Positions 26,947 to 32,000 of a stretch of 32,000 bases of DNA are shown here, one piece after another. The stretch covers positions 8,063-40,062 of the forward strand of contig JAWAHN010000003.1 in assembly GCA_038889235.1 (NCBI GenBank), in the 5' to 3' direction. How positions within the stretch are numbered: position 1 is the first letter of the stretch; each line of letters opens with the position of its first letter. The notes below the pieces were generated by a model. It ran no database searches. It was not told the DNA's origin and was given only the letters and a program-made list of their open reading frames with translations. Made by a program: the position numbers and the translations under genes. This DNA comes from Candidatus Jordarchaeales archaeon (GTDB lineage Archaea > Asgardarchaeota > Jordiarchaeia > Jordiarchaeales > Freyrarchaeaceae).

Positions 26947-27713
26947 TGCTGAGAGGGCTTCAGCTGACTAGCACTAACACGTTTCTTAACGGCGTCGATC
27001 CGAGAGTCAAACTAGTGTTCGTTGCGGCTGTGAGTGTACTAAGTCTCGCTTTGAGCTCCTTTACCTCCCTTCTTTTTCTAGCACTGCTTCCAACTCTCAC
27101 TCTGTCACTCGCTAGGGCGCTTGGCAGGGCTAGATTCTTCATTGTTTCGTTTCTCGTATTTTCTGCTCTGAGCGTTTTCGTTGTCTACCTTTTGAGGTTT
27201 GGCAGCGCTCTGGAATTTGCCAAGTTCTTTGTTAGGGTCTTCGCAGTGATGAACGCCGGCTTGTTCTTCGCTTTTACCACCTCACCCAACAAGTTTTCTA
27301 GGGGGCTTGAAAAGCTAAAGGTTCCGCGTTCAGTCTCCTTCACACTCACATTAACTATCAGGTTTATCCCTGTCTTTTTAAAGGAGGCGGAAGAAGTGTT
27401 GTCATCGTTGAAGGTGAGGGGGGTGAAGCTTGGGATAAGGGGGTTCATCAAAAACCCGAAGGTAGTATTACGGTCCTTGACCATACCTCTTATTGTACGC
27501 ATGGTAAAAACCTCGGACGACCTGGCATCCGCCCTGGAGTCTAGAGGGTTTGGAAGCCCAGCTAAGAAGACCAGCCTTCACGAGGTGAAGGTAGGGAAGG
27601 TTGACTTAGCCTTCCTGTCCATCACTATGGCTTTCCTCGTCTCCCTCCTCTTGTTGGACCCATCCTTCTTCAGCTTTCTCGACTTTACAGCTTTCTGGAG
27701 GTTTATGGTTTGA
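26943..27713 (+). CDS. ecfT: ECF transporter transmembrane T component
   Basis: VDPRVKL, TTSPNKFSRGLEKLKVP, TIRFIP, IPLIVR, ALESRGF; GTGA overlap with upstream gene. Confidence 0.93.
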   Translation: MMLRGLQLTSTNTFLNGVDPRVKLVFVAAVSVLSLALSSFTSLLFLALLPTLTLSLARALGRARFFIVSFLVFSALSVFVVYLLRFGSALEFAKFFVRVFAVMNAGLFFAFTTSPNKFSRGLEKLKVPRSVSFTLTLTIRFIPVFLKEAEEVLSSLKVRGVKLGIRGFIKNPKVVLRSLTIPLIVRMVKTSDDLASALESRGFGSPAKKTSLHEVKVGKVDLAFLSITMAFLVSLLLLDPSFFSFLDFTAFWRFMV

Positions 27714-29365
27714 GCGTTGAGGTCGAGCGTTTAAGTTATCGCTATCCCAACGCGGAAAGTGACTCGCTCGTCAACGTCGACTTGAAGGTTAGTAGAGGAG
27801 AGTTCGTTCTCCTCGTTGGTAGAAGCGGTTGCGGTAAGACGACGCTGGCTAGGTGCATCAACGGACTTATACCACACGTGTTCAAGGGCGAACTCAGGGG
27901 GGTAGTTAGAGTTGACGGGGTCAACGTGGCTGAGACTCCCGTGTATGAGATGGCTAAACTCGTCGGCATGGTTTTTCAGAACCCTGACACTCAGCTCTGC
28001 ACGTTAACTGTGGAAGACGAGGTTGCCTTCGGCCCTGAGAACATTGGAGTTGAGAGAAGCGAAATTGAGGAGAGGGTTAAGTGGTCTCTTTCAAGTTTAG
28101 GGTTGGAAGGTCTTAGGTGGCGGAGCACTTTCAGTTTGTCCGATGGAGAAAAACAAAGGGTGGCTGTGGCGGCCGCCCTATCCATGCTTCCAAAGGTTCT
28201 AGTGCTTGATGAGCCAACGGCGAACCTCGACCCGAAAGCCTCCGAGATGCTCGTCGACACACTGAGAAAGTTGAGAGACAAGTATGATACCACGATTATA
28301 CTAGTTGAGCACAGAGTTGACAGGTTCATTGAAGCGGCTGACAGAGTTGTCGTGATGGATTCAGGGAGAATAGTCGAAGACGGGCCTCCAGAAGTTGTAG
28401 TCAGGAAGGCCGACGTATTGGAGAAGTTGGGAATTCGAGTGCCTGAAGTCGTCGAGCTGTGTAAAGCGGTTGGGATACCCCTAAACGGGGGGTTAGACGA
28501 ACTTAGGTTCCTGGCCTTAGAGAGGATGAGGGAGCTGAGAGAGGCGAGCTTCGTCAACGACTGTTCGAGTCGCGGCGAGGAAATCCTGAGAATGGAGGAT
28601 GTTGTGCTCAGTTACGGCGGTGTGTTCAGCCTTAGAGTTGACTTCTTCTCATTGTGCAGGGGGGAAGTTGTTGCTGTTATAGGTGGTAACGGCTCAGGAA
28701 AGACGACTCTCGCCAAGCTCATAGCTGGGCTCGTGAAGCCGAAAAAGGGTAGCATAAAAAGAGCGAAGGGTCTTAGGGTTGGGATGGTTTTCCAGAACTT
28801 CGAGGTTCAACTTTTCAGAAGTTCTGTCTTCGACGAGGTTGCCTTTCAACTCACCGAGAAGCTAGACCCAAACCACGTTAAACGTAGGGTGGAATCCGTC
28901 CTGGCGGAGATGGGGCTCCTAAGTCTAATCGGCAGACACCCTCACTCCTTGAGCCAGGGTGAGAAGCAGAGAGTAGTCATAGCGTCTTTGATCGTCGACC
29001 CGCCGGACATACTCATACTCGACGAGCCGACAACAGGACAGGACGGGCATCACCTCAAAATACTGGAGGAAGCGGTGAAGAAAATGAAGATGAGCGGCGT
29101 GGCCACCGTTGTCATAACACACGACTTGTCCTTCGCCGCAAGGGTGGCAGAGCGGGCGGCGGTGGTGAGCGGCGGGAGAATCGCGATGACAGGAGACATC
29201 AGAGACATTTTGTACAAAATAGACGAGCTTGCAGGCTTCACCCCTCCAGAAACCGTTAAACTAGCGAGGGAAGCGGGATTAAGAGGGATTATTAAGCCAG
29301 GGGACTTTCAGGGTGTGTTCTGCAGCAAAGATGTGAGGAGTAGTATCGTCCAATGGGGTTATTAA
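27710..29365 (+). CDS. ECF transporter ATPase with two fused ABC domains
   Basis: GRSGCGKTT, VFQNPD, LSDGEKQR, VLDEPT, VEH; second domain GGNGSGKTT, VFQN, LSQGEKQR, ILDEPT, ITHD; TTGA overlap. Confidence 0.95.
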   Translation: MSVEVERLSYRYPNAESDSLVNVDLKVSRGEFVLLVGRSGCGKTTLARCINGLIPHVFKGELRGVVRVDGVNVAETPVYEMAKLVGMVFQNPDTQLCTLTVEDEVAFGPENIGVERSEIEERVKWSLSSLGLEGLRWRSTFSLSDGEKQRVAVAAALSMLPKVLVLDEPTANLDPKASEMLVDTLRKLRDKYDTTIILVEHRVDRFIEAADRVVVMDSGRIVEDGPPEVVVRKADVLEKLGIRVPEVVELCKAVGIPLNGGLDELRFLALERMRELREASFVNDCSSRGEEILRMEDVVLSYGGVFSLRVDFFSLCRGEVVAVIGGNGSGKTTLAKLIAGLVKPKKGSIKRAKGLRVGMVFQNFEVQLFRSSVFDEVAFQLTEKLDPNHVKRRVESVLAEMGLLSLIGRHPHSLSQGEKQRVVIASLIVDPPDILILDEPTTGQDGHHLKILEEAVKKMKMSGVATVVITHDLSFAARVAERAAVVSGGRIAMTGDIRDILYKIDELAGFTPPETVKLAREAGLRGIIKPGDFQGVFCSKDVRSSIVQWGY

Positions 29366-29689
29366 GAAAAGTTACCCGCCTCCAAGCATGAAAGGGAAGA
29401 GCGCAAGGCGCTCCCCGTCATAGATTGACGAAAGCACCTATCCACCACAACCCCACCTTCGAATGCTGGGCGAAACCCTTCCCAATTTTCTGGCTTCGAC
29501 GCCATGAACAACTTTTAGTTGAGAAACAGCTGGGTTAAACAGCATTCACGTGCTCCTCTCTAGTTATGGCAGCATTTCACCTTTTACATCGTTCATCCCG
29601 TTAGTTACGCCGTTTGTCGATTTCCTCTGAAGGAGCCCGGGGTGTTGGAAGGCGAAAGTAGCCGCTACCCGGGCGCTTACCCCTTTTTC

Positions 29690-30514
29690 CTAGCTGGAAA
29701 ATATCATTCGTCCATTCACGAACACGAGGAGTTTTCCCGGCTCGACCGACCTCCACTTTTCGTTAGTGAGGTATACTGGTTTAGGTGAGTAGTTGAGGGA
29801 GAGAGTTGTCACCAGGACGCCTTGCAGGCCTTTTTCCTTCCCTTCTTGCAGGATGACTTCTTCCTCACTGTCTATTAGTCGCGTAGTTGGGAACGGCGCC
29901 ATCCTAAAGGTTAACGCCATGCCATTGTAGCCTTCACTGTCATGGTAGACGAAAAGGTGTTCCCCGTCGCTCATGGCGCAGTTGAGGAAAAAGTATTCGT
30001 TGATCTCGGCGAGCTTGTCTGCGAGCCACGAGAAGCCGTCTTCATCCCACGTCTCCACTCCACTCTCCATGCAGGCGAGAAGGTGGCAGAAAATGTACTC
30101 AGAACCCGTCTCGCCGTACGGTTTAAAATTTCCCAGCGGAAACCTCCTCTTAAACTCCAACCTTCTAAAGTTCCGCTTGAGGGAGCCGTTGTGCGCGAAA
30201 ACATAGGTTTTGCCCTTCAGCTCCCTGCGAAAAGGGTGGGTGTTCTCGCAAGATGGGGGAGATAAACGCATGTTTGACGCGCGGCGAACGTGTGCAACAA
30301 AAATTTTGGATCGCACTTGCACGTCGGTTATCAGTGAGGTAAAAAGCCTGCTTTCCAGCGCCGTAGCAGGCTCCTTAACCACCCGCGCGGCTCCATCCTG
30401 GTACCATGCAACACCCCACCCATGCCAGTTAAACTTGCCCTTCACTCTAAAACCCCTAAGAGAGAAAGAAGCTGTAACAGGCTTATTGAAGCACATCGCT
30501 AGGAGGTCACACAA
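29690..30514 (-). CDS. Class II (Ntn) glutamine amidotransferase, YafJ/EgtC/Dug3-like
   Basis: N-terminal MCDLL (Cys nucleophile), HGWGVAWY, AHVRRAS, ENTHPF, FAHNG, GETGSE, LNCAMSDG. Confidence 0.9.
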   Translation of the reverse strand: MCDLLAMCFNKPVTASFSLRGFRVKGKFNWHGWGVAWYQDGAARVVKEPATALESRLFTSLITDVQVRSKIFVAHVRRASNMRLSPPSCENTHPFRRELKGKTYVFAHNGSLKRNFRRLEFKRRFPLGNFKPYGETGSEYIFCHLLACMESGVETWDEDGFSWLADKLAEINEYFFLNCAMSDGEHLFVYHDSEGYNGMALTFRMAPFPTTRLIDSEEEVILQEGKEKGLQGVLVTTLSLNYSPKPVYLTNEKWRSVEPGKLLVFVNGRMIFSS

Positions 30515-30568
30515 GCCACGACCCCCTGAAAACTAACACTTTCAAGCTTCTCATTAAAGGCCTCTCTT

Positions 30569-30590
30569 AAATAGTTGTGCCCAACTATTT
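30569..30590. promoter_or_regulatory. Perfect 9-bp inverted repeat, candidate operator of the amidotransferase gene
   Basis: AAATAGTTG-TGCC-CAACTATTT, 55-76 nt upstream of the start at 30514, overlapping a TATTTAAG box on the minus strand. Confidence 0.55.
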
Positions 30591-31054
30591 TCAAGGCTCC
30601 TCCTCTACCGTGTTTTGCCACATTTCGAGGTGTCATGTCCTAGTAAGAAAGTTTCTCGTTGACAGGAAGGCTGAGCTCAGCCGCGCCCCAAACCATAAAG
30701 GCTCAAACTTCTCAGCCTACCGCAGATAAAAGGCTTCTTCCCAGAGCTAGATAGGCATAGAAAAGTAGTAGACCTAGAAGCAATAAGCAGAGCGCACAAC
30801 TAAAGTGAGGGTAGGCTGCATGTGAACCTCCTAATAACTGAGCCCCATTTTTTAAAGTGACCCTTTCAATCCTACCGCTAGGTGCTTCGAAGACTCGACT
30901 TACACGCTGAAAGTCAAACTGGCGTTACGGAACAGTGGGCCCCTTGCCCAAAAGGTCAAAGGCGAGGGTGCCACGTACCTCTGCTGAGCCCTCTCCAGGG
31001 GGCGTAAAGCTTGTATTCCTCGCCGCCGCCTTTCTTGGTGGCTGGTGGTGGCGT

Positions 31055-31759
31055 TTGCAGGGAGAAAACCTATCGTCGCTGAAGAGGATAATCGACGAAC
31101 ACATGAAAATGGTTTCAGGGTTAAAGGAGCACTGCGAAAGGTGCCTTAGGACTGAAAGGTGGGGTGGGAGCGTCGTGCTCATGGTTGTCGATGCAGCCTT
31201 CACCTCGATAGGGCTAAACTATTTCACAGCGGTTGTGCCAAAAGTCGAAGAGTTCAGTAGAAGGTTTGTTGAAACGGGGCGTATAACCCGCTTAAGGGAC
31301 CTCGCAGAATCCAGCTTAGAGGAGCTCACAGCCGTCTGGCGCAACAAGAGATCGCTAATGGTTGCCAAAGAAGTAGCAGCCTACCTTTCAACCTTGAGCG
31401 AGGACGACAGGGAGGCTTTAAGAAGCTGGGCTAGGAGTGCAAGAATAGAGGAGTGGAAGCGCGACCCCATAGGAAGAATAAAGGGGGTCGGCTTAGTCAC
31501 ATTCCAATACCTGAGGATGATGGGTGGAATAGACACGGTGATGCCCGACAAGATAGTCAAAAGAGTGATAAACGGGATACTTGCAGAAGCAGGGCTTAAA
31601 CCTGTCGAAGACGACCTAGAATTCGTGAGAACAGTGGAGCGGCTGGCTGTTGTGTGCGGTTACAGGCCAATAGAGCTCTGCTGGATGACGTGGCTCATAC
31701 AACCAGAAGGAAAAAAGATGAGGATGGAAAAATACGCCCCACTACTCCAAAAAATATGA
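31055..31759 (+). CDS. Helix-hairpin-helix (HhH-GPD-like) DNA glycosylase-fold protein
   Basis: VVDAAFTSIGLNY, DPIGRIKGVGLVTFQYLRMMGG, VMPDKIVKR; TTG 31055 after GGTGGTGG preferred to track GTG 30935. Confidence 0.7.
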   Translation: MQGENLSSLKRIIDEHMKMVSGLKEHCERCLRTERWGGSVVLMVVDAAFTSIGLNYFTAVVPKVEEFSRRFVETGRITRLRDLAESSLEELTAVWRNKRSLMVAKEVAAYLSTLSEDDREALRSWARSARIEEWKRDPIGRIKGVGLVTFQYLRMMGGIDTVMPDKIVKRVINGILAEAGLKPVEDDLEFVRTVERLAVVCGYRPIELCWMTWLIQPEGKKMRMEKYAPLLQKI

Positions 31760-31964
31760 CCGAGAACGGTGGACCCCCTTAAAAGAAGCACCTCCAGCTC
31801 AATGGATGAAACACACCTTGAAACTCCACCTCAACCCCCCGTGCTTCCATAGGTTCATCGAAAGCTGCAAATACGCTTGAAGCGCAACTCTTTCTGAGGG
31901 GTTATAGTGGCAGGCTGCCCGGCCCTCCGCCTGCTTGTTTAAAGAGGGCTCCGCGGGCCATGTG

Positions 31965-31994
31965 AGGAAAAGTTTATAAAACATTTGGTATTAC
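31965..31994 (+). promoter_or_regulatory. BRE/TATA promoter for a gene beyond the window end
   Basis: GAGGAAAAG-TTTATAAA (TATA 31973-31980) followed by GTATTAC (31988-31994). Confidence 0.45.
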
Positions 31995-32000
31995 TTTAAG

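Noticed and set aside
29630-29680. Group II intron domain V
   Set aside because: Does not fit the AGC triad/bulge geometry; no domain VI, 5' GUGYG end or reverse transcriptase gene
30625-30805. Decayed archaeal ATPase gene suggested by KFLVDRKAEL after a GAGGTG RBS
   Set aside because: Only a ~10-residue resemblance, out of frame with the ATG, and no Walker A motif follows
1-32000. tRNA, rRNA, SRP/RNase P RNA, IS elements and integrases
   Set aside because: No T-loop/anticodon arms, rRNA or RNase P/SRP signatures, transposase motifs or terminal inverted repeats with target duplications recognised by eye; a covariance-model scan would be needed to exclude small RNAs

Overview
A 32-kb chromosomal window from an anaerobic, probably thermophilic archaeon. 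Support: GGTGA/GGAGG ribosome-binding sites, TATA-like boxes, oligo-T terminators, frequent TTG/GTG starts and Glu/Lys-rich proteins. An Asgard lineage such as Jordarchaeia/Freyarchaeia is a guess from gene content only. I found no rRNA, tRNA, CRISPR array or transposase. About 27 genes are supported: a truncated coiled-coil gene with exact 96-bp repeats (missed by the ORF track); a secreted lipase and a Zn-phospholipase-C-like gene facing each other; oxygen-defence genes (rubrerythrin, flavodiiron FprA, superoxide reductase); a HEPN/MNT pair; a motif-divergent ArsB/NhaD transporter; two NDP-forming acyl-CoA synthetase alpha-subunit genes with no beta subunit in the window; a tandem V4R protein; DUF72, PhlG-like, MFS and two alpha/beta hydrolase genes; an HNH-like gene; a class III sirtuin; an 8x CxxCxGxG zinc-finger protein; an ECF transporter operon; a class II glutamine amidotransferase; and an HhH-type protein. 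The strongest leads: (i) an acyl-CoA synthetase alpha chain with a DUF6125/V4R-clan domain where the ATP-grasp beta chain is normally fused, divergent from a stand-alone double-V4R protein and near deacylases, suggesting a possible acyl-sensing/acylation module; (ii) a lipase with a C2-like Ca2+-binding domain; (iii) an SSUH2-like zinc-finger protein; (iv) a minimal PhlG-type hydrolase; (v) short motifs recurring next to TATA boxes. All family assignments come from motif recognition by eye; no database search was run.
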